Below, piece by piece: positions 20,147 to 33,297 of a stretch of 64,000 nucleotides of DNA (within the stretch, counting starts at the first letter, position 1; each line of letters opens with the position of its first letter). The stretch comes from Candidatus Poribacteria bacterium (GTDB lineage Bacteria; Poribacteria; WGA-4E; PCPOR2b). Location: the NCBI GenBank assembly GCA_965218095.1, contig OZ244587.1:896001-960000 (forward strand), read 5' to 3'. Made by a program: the position numbers and the translations under genes. The notes beneath the pieces were generated by a model that saw only the letters and a program-made list of their open reading frames with translations, was not told where the DNA came from and searched no databases.

Positions 20147-21793
20147 TTACATCGTTCTATACGCTTCAACCAGCTGTTTTGCCCTCCTTCTCAAGAAAAA
20201 TCGAACCAATCCAAACGCAACTACGAGTATAGGAATGCCGGCAATGCTTAAAAACTTGAGGAAAAATTTCTCGCCCTCGGAAACCTCTTTCAACGGACGG
20301 TCTGTGACGCCGTGTGATCGGATGTTGATGAGATCTTCGCCGAACGTGAGCCAGTCTACCGTATTGAAGAAAAAGATCTGACCATCTGGACCGCCTTGCT
20401 GTAAAAAGCGGGCGTTTCCCACCACGGCGATCTGGGTCGGTTCGCTTTCAGTTTTGGTTGTTCGATCTTCCTCAGCCAGTTCAGCCTGTTCATCTTCGTC
20501 TGATTCACTGGATTCGACAGGTGGGATGTCTTTGCCCGCGTAGAAACTCTTGAACACCCCTGAAAGCGACGCAGCAACAGTATAAGCCTGCTGCGCAGAA
20601 GACGGGGGCTGGAATTGACGGTTCGTTGGGCTTATGTTGTACGGCGCCTGCACCGTCCAACCCGATTTGCTGGTTTTGGCGAGCGCCGTTATGTCGACGG
20701 ATTCATTTTCTTTCGATAGCAATTCCAGCGAACTTGCCCAGGTCAACGTCAGACTCTCCAACTGGTTGGTGATAATACTGTCTTCGGATAACCCCTCTGA
20801 AGCTTCCCCGGAACGGTAGCGGTACTGCTTCATGACCTTAATGAAGTATGGATAGCCCGTTGTCACTCGCATAAACCCTTGTGAATAAGTGATCTGTCCC
20901 ATGGAAACATCAAGCACAAGATTATTGCCGAGCTTCACGCCGTAGTGTTCCAGCAGATCATTCAGCCCCGTTGCAAGGGGATTCGCTCGCAGACCTTCGT
21001 AGTCGATGCTAATCGGATCGATTAAGAAGACCGTCCGTCCGCCGCGCATGATAAACTGATCAATCTCATATTTCTCGCGCTCGGTCAACTGCTTCTGCGG
21101 ACCAGAGATAATCAGCGTCGCAACATCGGTGTTAATCTCTTTTCCATCATCGATCGGTACATTTCTCACCTCGTACTGCTTAGCCAATTCTTGACGCAGT
21201 AGCGCATAGGCCTGATTAAAGATATCCAGCTCGTCATGTCCTGTCAGAAAACCGACGGTCTTGACCTCTTTGCTTGTCACCTTGAGAATCGCGGAGGTCA
21301 AGTCATATTCAAGATTGGTAGTTGTTTGGACAACAGGGAGAACCTCTTTTTTATCTTCATAGAGGACCGCGATACCCATATAAACATTCGCAACTTCAGC
21401 TTTGTCTTTCTCAATGACGTTCACCTGCACTTTGGGAATCCCCAGCAATCTGAGTTTCTGCTTTTCGGTTTCATCATCTGTTGTGGGGTCAATAAAGTTA
21501 ATCTGCAGATTCTTGGAAAAGGCACGGTATTCATCAAGCATATCACGGATAGATTGACGAATTTGGGCAACGCGTGGGGGCTGCCGTGAAAAATAGGCGT
21601 CGATTGTTACGATGTCGTCCAGACGCTTGAGGGCTTTTTTCGTTGATTGTGAAATTGTGTATCGCTTGTCCTCTGTGAGGTCTGCGCGAACAAAACGACG
21701 GCTTGAGAGGAAATTGATTAACGCAACAATGCCGAATACGACGAGGATAAAAGCGAGTGTATTGCCGCCATATTTCAATGTTCTTGAAGCCAT
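20147..21793 (-). CDS. GldG-like ABC transporter auxiliary component
   Basis: DLTEDKRYTIS, LEYDLTSAI, GFLTGHDE, DQFIMRGG, NTVDWL, IRS. Confidence 0.88.
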   Translation of the reverse strand: MASRTLKYGGNTLAFILVVFGIVALINFLSSRRFVRADLTEDKRYTISQSTKKALKRLDDIVTIDAYFSRQPPRVAQIRQSIRDMLDEYRAFSKNLQINFIDPTTDDETEKQKLRLLGIPKVQVNVIEKDKAEVANVYMGIAVLYEDKKEVLPVVQTTTNLEYDLTSAILKVTSKEVKTVGFLTGHDELDIFNQAYALLRQELAKQYEVRNVPIDDGKEINTDVATLIISGPQKQLTEREKYEIDQFIMRGGRTVFLIDPISIDYEGLRANPLATGLNDLLEHYGVKLGNNLVLDVSMGQITYSQGFMRVTTGYPYFIKVMKQYRYRSGEASEGLSEDSIITNQLESLTLTWASSLELLSKENESVDITALAKTSKSGWTVQAPYNISPTNRQFQPPSSAQQAYTVAASLSGVFKSFYAGKDIPPVESSESDEDEQAELAEEDRTTKTESEPTQIAVVGNARFLQQGGPDGQIFFFNTVDWLTFGEDLINIRSHGVTDRPLKEVSEGEKFFLKFLSIAGIPILVVAFGLVRFFLRRRAKQLVEAYRTM

Positions 21794-21797
21794 AGAT

Positions 21798-22514
21798 CTA
21801 CCTCCATTTTTGAATGGTAACCATCAATACGCTCAAATAAAGGAAAAAACCGATAACGGAGAAGTAATAGATGAGATCCCGCGAATCGATAACGCCTCGG
21901 AGGATGCTGCTGAAATGGGCACCTAAACCGAGGTAGCTGAAAAGCGGGACAATCCAATCCGGCGCGTTGAAAAGCACAAGGTCCTCCCCAATGATGAGGA
22001 GCGCGAAGCAAAGCACAATGCCGACAATGAAGCCAATGATCTGATTTTCCGTCAATGCGGAGGCGAATAGCCCAATTGAGAGGTAAGCTGCACCCATCAA
22101 GAAAAGCCCGATGTAGCCGCCGATGATGGGACCACCGTCCGGCTCGCCAAGGTAGGCAACAGTAATTGGTATCGAAAGAGAAAGGAGAATCGTCACCCCA
22201 AGCAGGGCAAAGCTCGCAAGGTATTTTCCGATAACCGCTTCGTAATCCTTGATCGGCAGGGTCATTAGAATTTCAACTGTTCCGATTTTTTTCTCTTCCG
22301 CCCAGAGTTTCATTGTGAGTGCAGGGACAAAAAAGAGAAACAACCAGGGCATTAAACCGAAGAAGCCTCTCATTTCGGCCTGGCTGACAATAAAAAAACT
22401 GCGAAAGAAAAACCAGCCGGAAAGCGCTAGGAAAAATGTGATAAAGATATAAGCGATTGGTGAATTAAAGTAGCTTCTGAACTCTTTCTTGAAAATTGCT
22501 GCGATGTTGTTCAT
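21798..22514 (-). CDS. GldF-like ABC-2 permease
   Basis: KEFRSYFNSPIAY, EEKKIGTVEILMTLP, ENQI, GVIDSRD. Confidence 0.9.
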   Translation of the reverse strand: MNNIAAIFKKEFRSYFNSPIAYIFITFFLALSGWFFFRSFFIVSQAEMRGFFGLMPWLFLFFVPALTMKLWAEEKKIGTVEILMTLPIKDYEAVIGKYLASFALLGVTILLSLSIPITVAYLGEPDGGPIIGGYIGLFLMGAAYLSIGLFASALTENQIIGFIVGIVLCFALLIIGEDLVLFNAPDWIVPLFSYLGLGAHFSSILRGVIDSRDLIYYFSVIGFFLYLSVLMVTIQKWR

Positions 22515-22619
22515 TTTCTTCTTGTGTGACTTCCTTGAAAACCGCTAGGGTTAATTTATCGTGAGATTTTCAGTCTTTGCTTCGCATTTGGCTGACTGAG
22601 ACAGCCGAGGACAAATTGG

Positions 22620-23294
22620 CTAGAGTGTAGGTTTTGTTTGATGGTTTATTCCCGCCCTCTTCCACTCAATATTCTCCTTGCACTTCCGACACCTCCATGT
22701 TCTTGCGCGTTGACTCAAGCGTTGTCGTTTCCATTGTTGACCACATCCGCACTGTCCGTGCCAGCGCGGGGGTGTATGTTGGACGTGGTGGCACCGTTCG
22801 GCCGTGCATCCAATCCGTCGTGCTGCTGCCTTCCATGTTGCATCGTGTCCGTGCTTTGGTCCGACTATCGCATGTGCGATCTCGTGCAGGATCGTATCAA
22901 CGATTTCTTCCTTAGATGCTTTCAAGCAGTACGTAACCGAGAGCGTGATCTGCTTCTCCGCGTACCTGCATAAGCCCCCGCGCTCCGGCGCGAGATCGAA
23001 TGCGAACTGCCATCCCGCTTTGAGTCCGCTTTTGACTTCGTGTTCTCGAATTAAGTGCTTTCCCACCGCTGCAACCTCGGTGAGCCGCATCGCGGGTTCT
23101 TGCGTGGGCTCTGTCACCGTCAAGACACTGTATGGGACGTTCCACAGCGTTCCTTGCTGCGTTGCCACCCGTGCACGCCAGGGTAATAGCCTTTGTACGG
23201 TGCCGTGCAGCGTACTGTCCGTCTCGGTTGTAAATGATACTTTTGTACCCGGTGGGTACGCCGCTCCTGCGAAATCGGTTGTCACGATTCTCAT
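22620..23294 (-). CDS. SprT-like zinc metalloprotease with N-terminal SH3-like segment
   Basis: RGGLC, DTILHEIAHA, HGHDATWK, C-terminal CxC and CxxC; AGGAGG RBS. Confidence 0.88.
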   Translation of the reverse strand: MRIVTTDFAGAAYPPGTKVSFTTETDSTLHGTVQRLLPWRARVATQQGTLWNVPYSVLTVTEPTQEPAMRLTEVAAVGKHLIREHEVKSGLKAGWQFAFDLAPERGGLCRYAEKQITLSVTYCLKASKEEIVDTILHEIAHAIVGPKHGHDATWKAAARRIGCTAERCHHVQHTPPRWHGQCGCGQQWKRQRLSQRARTWRCRKCKENIEWKRAGINHQTKPTL

Positions 23295-23360
23295 GGTTAG
23301 GGTCCTCCTAAGTCAGGAGACTGTGCATTGTGTCGGAGGTGAAACGGAAGCCGATTGGCT

Positions 23361-24326
23361 TTACGAGGCGGTTGGCTGAGTTGCAGATTCGTTGCCGGTC
23401 AGTTGCAGGAAGACATCTTCGAGGCTAATTGCTTCTTGACGCAATTCTGTCAAACTCCAGTGATTTTGTACCACAAAATGGAAGAGTTCTTCTGCGGTGT
23501 TCTTCCCTTTTTGGGACACAATCTGATAGCCGCACACGCCATCGTCAGATTTAACCCGTTTGAAGTCTGAAATCAGACTTAATTCTTCAAGCTTGGCTTC
23601 AATCTCTTCACGCGGACCTCGAATGGAGATGTGAACAACCTCTTCGCCGCGTGCGCGCCCGGCTAACTCATCCGGCGCGCCGTTTGCCACGATCTGCCCA
23701 TCATTGATAATCAAAATTCGGCTACAGGTCGCAGAGACTTCGGGCAGGATATGCGTGCTGAAAATGATCATCTTTTCTTTGCCAATCTCTTTGATCAGGT
23801 TTCGGATTTCGATAATCTGGCTGGGGTCGAGTCCAGAGGTAGGCTCATCAAGGATGAGAATCGGTGGGTCATGGATAAGGGTTTGTGCCAAGCCAAGACG
23901 CTGGCGGTAGCCTCTGGAGAGTTCGCCAACGTCCTTTTGGATCATCTTCTCAAGACCGCAAATGTCAACGACACCTTTAATTCGCTGGGAGCGTTGACTT
24001 TTTGGGATGTTCCGAATTTGGGCAATAAATTTGAGATAGTCGATAACCCCCATATCCGTGTAGAGCGGGGCGCTCTCGGGCAGGTACCCAATTCGTTTAC
24101 GGACTTCAATGGACTCCTCAAAAACGTCGTATCCAGCGACTTTCGCTGTCCCCTCGTCCGCTGAAAGGTAGCAGGTTAAAACACGCATCGTTGTGGTCTT
24201 GCCAGCCCCATTTGGACCAAGGAAGCCCAGGACTTCCCCAGCTTTCGCATCGAAGGAGACATTATTTACAGCAACGGTGGGGCCATACCGTTTCGTCAAA
24301 TTTATCACTTCAATCATGCTTGACAA
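23361..24326 (-). CDS. GldA-like ABC transporter ATP-binding protein
   Basis: GPNGAGKTT, LSRGYRQR, ILDEPT, SLEDVF. Confidence 0.93.
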   Translation of the reverse strand: MSSMIEVINLTKRYGPTVAVNNVSFDAKAGEVLGFLGPNGAGKTTTMRVLTCYLSADEGTAKVAGYDVFEESIEVRKRIGYLPESAPLYTDMGVIDYLKFIAQIRNIPKSQRSQRIKGVVDICGLEKMIQKDVGELSRGYRQRLGLAQTLIHDPPILILDEPTSGLDPSQIIEIRNLIKEIGKEKMIIFSTHILPEVSATCSRILIINDGQIVANGAPDELAGRARGEEVVHISIRGPREEIEAKLEELSLISDFKRVKSDDGVCGYQIVSQKGKNTAEELFHFVVQNHWSLTELRQEAISLEDVFLQLTGNESATQPTAS

Positions 24327-24635
24327 TCACCTCTATGCCTTTGAGTTTCTGTAGAATCGAATCAATAACAAAACGAATAAAATAATAGCATGTTGATCAA
24401 AACAGCGTCAAGTAAAAATTGGGGGTAATCTGCGACTAGCAAGTGCTAGTAGGAGAGGAAGAGGAAATTGGGAGGGGGAGAAAGGGGGAGAAGGCAAGAT
24501 TCCTGATGAGATTATGAACACAAGGAAGAAAGGATGGATGGAAGAAAGAGGCAGCTAGGGTGGAAAATAGCCTGCCCTCATCCTTCCGATCTTCCGTTAC
24601 GTTCATGTATCGCGAATTACGCCTCACGTTTAGTT

Positions 24636-24989
<354 letters not shown>

Positions 24990-25131
24990 TCAAACAGCAG
25001 CGCTCACAATCTCCTGGCCGTTCGAATCCAGTAAAGCATAAGAACGTAGGAAAAATCCCCTCCTTTACGGATTACGCATTACGCTTTACTCGTTCACATT
25101 TGTCGAAAATCTGGAAAATGAACTCGCTTGA

Positions 25132-26547
25132 TTAGATATCATAGTAGAGATGGAATTCGTGTGGATGCGGACGCAGATTGACTGCATCAACCTCGTTTTC
25201 ACGTTTATACTCTATCCACGTATCAATTACGTCCTGCGTGAACACATCGCCCTTTAGCAGGTAATCATGATCATCCTCCAGGGCATCAAGCGCCTCCGCT
25301 AAGGAGCCTGGGGTTGATTCAATCGACTCCATCTCCTCTGGTTCGAGATCGTAGAGATCTTTATCAAGCGGATCGCCGGGGTGAATCTTGTTCTGGATAC
25401 CATCAAGCCCCGCCATGAGCAACGCACTCAGCGTGAGGTAGACGTTAGAAGACGGATCCGGCGTGCGGAATTCAACCCGTTTCGCTCTTTCGCTCCTGGA
25501 GTAGACGGGAATGCGCACGCAGGCGCTTCGATTTCTTTGTGAATACGCAATGTTTACTGGCGCTTCAAAGCCCGGCACCAACCGCTTGTAAGAGTTGGTT
25601 GTGGGTGCAATAATCGCGCAAAGGGACGGTGCATGTTTGAGCAATCCACCGATATAGTATAATGCATCCTCACTCAAAAGGGCATAGCCCTGTGCATCAT
25701 AGAAGATATTTTTCCCATCTTTCCACAAGCTCTGATGGATGTGCATACCTGAACCATTGTCTTCAAAGAGCGGCTTCGGCATGAAGGTCGCCGTCATATT
25801 GTGGGCGCGAGCCGTATTCTTGATGATATACTTGTACAGCACCATCCTATCGCCTATCGTTGTCAGGGTATCAAACCGAAGGTTGATTTCTCCCTGTCCA
25901 GCCGTACCCACCTCGTGATGGTGAACCTCTACGTCAACGCCGCATTCGATCATTTTGAGAATCATTTCGGATCGAATATCTTGTAGCGTATCGGATGGGG
26001 GTACGGGGAAATATCCCTCTTTATAACGAGGTTTGTATCCAAGGTTAGGCCCTTCATCCTTTCCTGTATTCCAGCTTCCTTCGACGGAATCAATGAAGTA
26101 ATAGCCTGAATGCTGGTTTTGGTCGTAACGGACATCATTGAAGATGAAAAACTCGGCTTCAGGCCCCCAATAGGTGGTATCAGCGATCCCCGTGGAGATT
26201 ACGTAGGCTTCTGCTTTCTGAGCAATATGCCGCACGTCCCGCGTATAGCTTTCCAGTGTAATTGGATCTTTAATATTGCAAATGATACTCAATGTGGGAA
26301 TCTTGCAAACTGGATCGACAATTGCCGTCGCTGGATCGGGAAAGAGCAGCATGTCGCTTTCGTTGATCGTCTGGAAACCACGAATACTTGAACCATCAAA
26401 ACCGATTCCCTCTTCAAACAGGTCCTCCTCTAACTCTGATGCGGGAATCGAGAAGTGCTGCCACATGCCGAGCAGATCCGTGAATTTAAGGTCAACAATT
26501 TTGACTTCCTTTTCTCTCGCAAACGCGAGCACCTCACTCGGTGTCAT
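25132..26547 (-). CDS. glnA: Glutamine synthetase type I (GSI-beta)
   Basis: [31 protein letters not shown], adenylylation-site DLYDL. Confidence 0.98.
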   Translation of the reverse strand: MTPSEVLAFAREKEVKIVDLKFTDLLGMWQHFSIPASELEEDLFEEGIGFDGSSIRGFQTINESDMLLFPDPATAIVDPVCKIPTLSIICNIKDPITLESYTRDVRHIAQKAEAYVISTGIADTTYWGPEAEFFIFNDVRYDQNQHSGYYFIDSVEGSWNTGKDEGPNLGYKPRYKEGYFPVPPSDTLQDIRSEMILKMIECGVDVEVHHHEVGTAGQGEINLRFDTLTTIGDRMVLYKYIIKNTARAHNMTATFMPKPLFEDNGSGMHIHQSLWKDGKNIFYDAQGYALLSEDALYYIGGLLKHAPSLCAIIAPTTNSYKRLVPGFEAPVNIAYSQRNRSACVRIPVYSRSERAKRVEFRTPDPSSNVYLTLSALLMAGLDGIQNKIHPGDPLDKDLYDLEPEEMESIESTPGSLAEALDALEDDHDYLLKGDVFTQDVIDTWIEYKRENEVDAVNLRPHPHEFHLYYDI

Positions 26548-26689
26548 CTACACCCTCCTTAAGAATTAGAATATTGAACTAAACGGCGTCAAGTCGAGTA
26601 AGACTAAGCAAATCATTGGAAACAATGCGATGTGATAGAGGACACAATGTCATTTCGATAGGCACGGAAAGGGATACCTCAAAGATAGA

Positions 26690-26704
26690 GCAAGCGATAT
26701 GCCA
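26690..26704 (-). promoter_or_regulatory. sigma54 (-24/-12) promoter for glnA
   Basis: Minus strand TGGCAT-ATCGC-TTGC. Confidence 0.75.
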
Positions 26705-26826
26705 ATTGTTAAATTGCTGCCGGGATGAGAAATGTACATGGGTGTCTTGTACCTGATTGTCTCGCTATGTGAAGCGTCCCTTTTGTGGAACATTAAATAT
26801 GTGATGTAAATCCCTCGATTCATTGG

Positions 26827-26866
26827 TGCTGAATTCTTAGGCATATAACTGCTCAAGTTTTTAGCA
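26827..26866. promoter_or_regulatory. Two NtrC-type enhancer sites
   Basis: TGC-N11-GCA at 26827-26843 and 26850-26866, upstream of the sigma54 motif. Confidence 0.6.
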
Positions 26867-26893
26867 ATGTGAGCCAACCTCTCAAAGGTTTGT

Positions 26894-27469
26894 TCACTGA
26901 TCCAAATCGTCCACAAAACGACTTACTTCGGGCTCGACTTGCCCTGCATATTTGTTCCCCGGCTTTCGACGGTAGGGGACTTTTGCAGGAGAAGACAACT
27001 GTTCAAACGTAAACGCACAGATCCGCATACCGGGATAGAGCTTAACAGGCATGCGTCCAAGATTTCCCAGCTCCAATGTTGCCGTCCCGACCCAACCTGG
27101 ATCAAAAAGCCCCGCCGTGCTATGGACAATAATGCCGAGTCTTCCAAGGCTACTACGGCCTTCGAGACGCGCCATCACATCGTCCGCAAGTTCCAGGGTT
27201 TCGAGCGTTGCAGCGAGGACAAATTCACCCGGCTGCATGGTAAACGCTCCACCATCGGGGACTTCTACTTTGTGCATCAGTTCGTTGAGGTCAATCTCTG
27301 CACGGAGATCGATATACGGATACTTACTGTGCTCAAACACACGAAAGATATTCCCCAACCTGAAATCGATGGAACAAGAACCAAGCTGTTTGGTGAGATC
27401 TGGGGAGGGCGCGATTTTGATTTTCCCCATTTCTAGATAACAGACAATATCCCGATCTGATAAAACCAT
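26894..27469 (-). CDS. dcd: dCTP deaminase
   Basis: MVLSDRDI, SIDFRLG, GRSSLGRLG, AGLFDPG, TLEL, KYAGQ. Confidence 0.95.
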   Translation of the reverse strand: MVLSDRDIVCYLEMGKIKIAPSPDLTKQLGSCSIDFRLGNIFRVFEHSKYPYIDLRAEIDLNELMHKVEVPDGGAFTMQPGEFVLAATLETLELADDVMARLEGRSSLGRLGIIVHSTAGLFDPGWVGTATLELGNLGRMPVKLYPGMRICAFTFEQLSSPAKVPYRRKPGNKYAGQVEPEVSRFVDDLDQ

Positions 27470-27893
27470 CAGCCTTCCTTTCACTCCCGCTGAATCTCTT
27501 GCTTTAAGAGCATTCAACGACCTCATGGGGAGCATCTGGAAAATGAAATGTGCATTTGAAGAATTATGAAGAGCATCGTACACAACAGCAGATTATCACT
27601 CATTATATACTAAAGTCATTGAAAATGCAAAGAGTTATTTCTATTCGGGTGTGTAAGGAATTTGTCAGTTTGGATGAGCGGCAACTGACATCAACTCAAA
27701 TTAAACCACACCAGATCTTGTGGCAAGTTCAATATCCGCCAAAACTGCCTCGACATACCCGGTACGAGATACGCTAACCCTATAGGTACCGTTTCAAGAA
27801 CCTGTGGTATTCATACATGCCTCCATTCATTTCCCTTTTTACTTTGCTGAACGGATAGTCTCAGTAGATCACAATTCTCGCGTTTTTACGCTC

Positions 27894-27946
27894 GGCTTGG
27901 ATTGGCAAATCCAAGCCCAAAGCCGACGGATTTGCCAATCCGTCGG
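27894..27946. repeat. REP-like palindrome doublet
   Basis: GGCTTGGATT-ggca-AATCCAAGCC and CCGACGGATT-tgcc-AATCCGTCGG, with loops in opposite orientation. Confidence 0.75.
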
Positions 27947-28071
27947 GAGCAACTGGCAAAAATGTGAAGTACTGAGTCTACCATTCTAACGCCGCCGCTG
28001 CACGACAATTATATCAAATTTTCGCCACCCTGTAAACGAGAAAAGCGGCGCACAATTCCCTCCTTTCACCT

Positions 28072-28100
28072 TTGACAATATGGATGGAGTATGTTATTAT
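28072..28100 (+). promoter_or_regulatory. sigma70-type promoter for hisG
   Basis: TTGACA-17 bp-TATTAT. Confidence 0.75.
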
Positions 28101-28162
28101 ACCATCTCAAATTAATCAAGTCCGAATAGACTCGTCTAGCAAGGAGACATTAAGTAAAACCC

Positions 28163-29035
28163 ATGAACAGACTCAAACTCGGGATTCCTAAAGGAACCAT
28201 GCAGGAATCCACCATCAGCCTTTTCAAAAGAGCAGGATACGCTATCACCGGCAGCAGCAGATCTTACTATCCACACATTAATGACGATGAGATTGAGGTA
28301 ATGCTTCTGCGTCCGCAGGAGATGGCACTCTATGTCGAGGGTGGCGTCATTGATGTCGGTTTAGCTGGACGCGATTGGGTGCGTGAATGCAAAACCGATG
28401 TGCTAGAAATCGCGTCGTTGACCTACAGCAAGCAAACCACGCAGCCCGCCCGATGGATTTTGGCAGTTGCGGAAGATTCCCCGATCAAGTCTGTCACAGA
28501 TCTTGAGGGAAAAGTGATTTTCACCGAATTAGTCGGGGCAACGAGAGTCTACCTTGCGGATAATGGCGTTAACGCAACCGTCAAATTTTCGCACGGTGCG
28601 ACTGAGGTGAAGATTCCCCACTTATGCGATGCGATTGTTGAGATTACGGAGACCGGAAGTTCTTTACGTGCCAATCGATTGAAGATTATCGATGTCGTGA
28701 TGGAATCGGTGACGACGTTGATTGCAAACAAGGAGAGCTGGGAGGACAAATGGAAGCGAACAAAGGCGGAAAATCTGTACTTGCTGCTTTCAGGAGCATT
28801 GGAAGCAGAAAACAAAGTTGGGCTCAAAATGAACATTGCAGCGGAAAATCTGCAAGCACTGCTCGCCATTTTGCCAGCGATGAAAAACCCAACGATTTCC
28901 CCACTCAGCCAAGACGGATGGTGTGCCGTCGAGACGATTATTGATGAGCATATTGTGCGAGATCTCATCCCAGAACTCAGGAACATTAGCGCAGAAGACA
29001 TTATCGAGTATCCGCTGAACAAAGTGATTCCATGA
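28163..29035 (+). CDS. hisG: ATP phosphoribosyltransferase (long form)
   Basis: IPKG, GATE, ETGSSLRANRL, C-terminal PTISPL domain. Confidence 0.95.
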   Translation: MNRLKLGIPKGTMQESTISLFKRAGYAITGSSRSYYPHINDDEIEVMLLRPQEMALYVEGGVIDVGLAGRDWVRECKTDVLEIASLTYSKQTTQPARWILAVAEDSPIKSVTDLEGKVIFTELVGATRVYLADNGVNATVKFSHGATEVKIPHLCDAIVEITETGSSLRANRLKIIDVVMESVTTLIANKESWEDKWKRTKAENLYLLLSGALEAENKVGLKMNIAAENLQALLAILPAMKNPTISPLSQDGWCAVETIIDEHIVRDLIPELRNISAEDIIEYPLNKVIP

Positions 29036-29277
29036 CACGTGAAACGTAAAGCGTGAATGAACTTCCCCAGGTAGGAGTGGAGCAATTTATTGCTGCGGCT
29101 CGGGCGCGTAGGGAGACAATACTCGGTCGAGAAATAACAATAGAAACTGCGGCTGGTAGAACCTAGATAGATCTTGCTACAATAACGCCAAGATGAAGCG
29201 TTTTCTAATTGGAAGCGGGCGGACGAATCCAAAAGCCTTCTCCGCCCTCAACACATTCAGCAGAGAAGGAATCAAAG

Positions 29278-30336
29278 ATGAAATGCCAAATTAACCGATT
29301 GTTTCTCCTCATTCTGATTTGGGCGATGACTTATTTCGGATGCGGTGAAGATTCGTTCTCCCCTTCTGTGCAACAGGCGAAAGTCCCTCAACAGAAAGAA
29401 GACCTTCAAAAGGAAGAAGATCCTCAGCTTGGAACAGTATCTGGAATTATCACCGATGCCACGACGGGAAACCCGATTCCGGGAGCAACTGTTCACTTAT
29501 TGGATCAGACAGTGGAGACCGGGGCAGATGGCAGATACGTTTTCACGCAGATTGGCTACGCGGAGGCGCTCAATTTAGCAGTCACGGATGTCGATTACGA
29601 ACCCAAAACCCATGGGTTTGAACTCAGCGTTGAACACTTGCCGCTGAATATCTCTCTGATTCCAAACTTTGGAGCGGTATCTGGAATTATCACCGACGCC
29701 ACGACGGGGAACTCGATTCCGGGAGTAACTGTCAACTTACTGAATCAGACGGTGGAGACCGAAACAGATGGCAGATATATTTTCACACAGATTGCCTACT
29801 CGGAGGCACTCAGTTTAACGGTTGTGGATGCTGACTACAAGTCCAAAACTCAGGTGTTTGAACTCAGGACTGACCACTTTCTGTTGAACATCCCTCTGAC
29901 CCCATTAACGAATCCCGAAGCGGAGATTCAGCAGTTTCTTGACTCATTTTCGGCACTGATTGAGTCAATGGATATGGACAACTTGGAAGCAATCCAGGCG
30001 CACTTTTCAGAAACGTACCTAGCAGGAGATGACCCGGTTACACGATTCGGTTTAGCGACAGGGGTCATCCCTGCAAGATTTGAGGAAGTCATTCCGTCAA
30101 TTAGCAAGCTATTTGAAAAATTTGATGCAATCCAATTCCGGTTTCAAAATATTCAAGTGGATGTGACCCATTCACGCGAGGCGTCTGCGCGACTCACTTT
30201 AGACGTTATCTCCGAACAAGGACCGCGACCAGATAAGAAAGCAATTACTGTTGAATGCCGAATGGATTTCCGTAAAGAAGGATTAAAGTGGAAAGTTGTT
30301 TTCTGGCAGCTTTTCAAAGTAGAGGTTCTGCTGTGA
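29278..30336 (+). CDS. Lipoprotein with two tandem carboxypeptidase-regulatory-like domains and an NTF2/SnoaL-like C-terminus
   Basis: Lipobox YFGC; GTVSGIITDATTGNPIPGATV repeated with a 240-bp period. Confidence 0.75.
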   Translation: MKCQINRLFLLILIWAMTYFGCGEDSFSPSVQQAKVPQQKEDLQKEEDPQLGTVSGIITDATTGNPIPGATVHLLDQTVETGADGRYVFTQIGYAEALNLAVTDVDYEPKTHGFELSVEHLPLNISLIPNFGAVSGIITDATTGNSIPGVTVNLLNQTVETETDGRYIFTQIAYSEALSLTVVDADYKSKTQVFELRTDHFLLNIPLTPLTNPEAEIQQFLDSFSALIESMDMDNLEAIQAHFSETYLAGDDPVTRFGLATGVIPARFEEVIPSISKLFEKFDAIQFRFQNIQVDVTHSREASARLTLDVISEQGPRPDKKAITVECRMDFRKEGLKWKVVFWQLFKVEVLL

Positions 30337-30345
30337 TTCGATTGA

Positions 30346-32406
<2,061 letters not shown>

Positions 32407-32531
32407 GTTTCCCGCTTTCAATCTATCCGCTTTTATGCTATACTCCCAATAGCGCCTGAAAAACACATCGAACTTTTTTCTCAGAAGCGGGTTTTACAAA
32501 CCGTAAATCTGATGAGAAAAGGAGTATAGGA

Positions 32532-32864
32532 ATGCAGCACGACGATGTCGAATACTTAATGCCCCTTACCAGGGATGCAGACTCTGAAGTTAGAAAAGGG
32601 GCCGTCCGAGAGCTTTGTCCCTATGAACTCAAGTTCAATAGTCAACCTGTCTGGGATCGGCTAATCGAAATGGTAAAAGCCCCGGACGCAGGCGTGCGTC
32701 ACAATGTCCTGCATGTGCTCTGCGACGGTTCCCCGAGGCAAAGAGAAACCGAAATTGTGCAAGCACTCGAAGGAATGTACCAGGACCCTGATGCGAAGCT
32801 GCGACGACAGGTTCGTAAAGTTCTCGCACAATATAGGCATACCGGAAATGTTAATGTGCTATGA
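32532..32864 (+). CDS. Small HEAT-repeat protein
   Basis: DADSEVRKGAV, PDAGVRHNV, DPDAKLRRQV repeats; AAGGAG RBS. Confidence 0.8.
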   Translation: MQHDDVEYLMPLTRDADSEVRKGAVRELCPYELKFNSQPVWDRLIEMVKAPDAGVRHNVLHVLCDGSPRQRETEIVQALEGMYQDPDAKLRRQVRKVLAQYRHTGNVNVL

Positions 32865-33067
32865 AAGTCCACTATAGCATATCGGGGAAAATATGAAAAC
32901 GAGGCTGTGGCTGGACTCAAGTCATCTTTGAACCGATCCGGTTCAAGCATATGTGGTATCTCAGAAGCAGTTGTTCTGAGAAAGATCCGCAAGGGGAGTC
33001 TTGAGGATTGGTGACCTTGTGTTTAATCTGTAACCCAAACAATAGAAAAAGAATAGGAGAATGAAAA

Positions 33068-33205
33068 ATGAGAGGTAATAAGGGAAAAGGCGGTAAATCG
33101 CTAGACAGTTCAAATAAAGGTGTTGTCAAAAAGACAGCGACCAAAAAAGGACGTAAAGAAAGAAAGCTCGCTAAGCAAGAAAAACGAGCGCAAAAAGAGT
33201 ATTAA
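33068..33205 (+). CDS. Small very basic protein, 45 aa, absent from the ORF track (MRGNKGKGGKSLDSSNKGVVKKTATKKGRKERKLAKQEKRAQKEY)
   Basis: AGGAGA RBS 7 nt upstream; followed by a terminator. Confidence 0.65.
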   Translation: MRGNKGKGGKSLDSSNKGVVKKTATKKGRKERKLAKQEKRAQKEY

Positions 33206-33212
33206 ACGACCA

Positions 33213-33297
33213 GGCGATAGCACACAAAGAAGGGGGGCCGAGGTACATTGCCTCACAACATATCACGGTCTTTGCTTTGTGCTATCGCCCTTTTTTT
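33213..33297 (+). terminator. Long-stem intrinsic terminator
   Basis: GGCGATAGCACA/TGTGCTATCGCC 12-bp stem plus CAAAGA/TCTTTG, then T7. Confidence 0.75.

Noticed and set aside
27984-28050. attC-like site (TCTAAC...GCTGCAC)
   Set aside because: No matching GTTRRRY end, no array and no integrase
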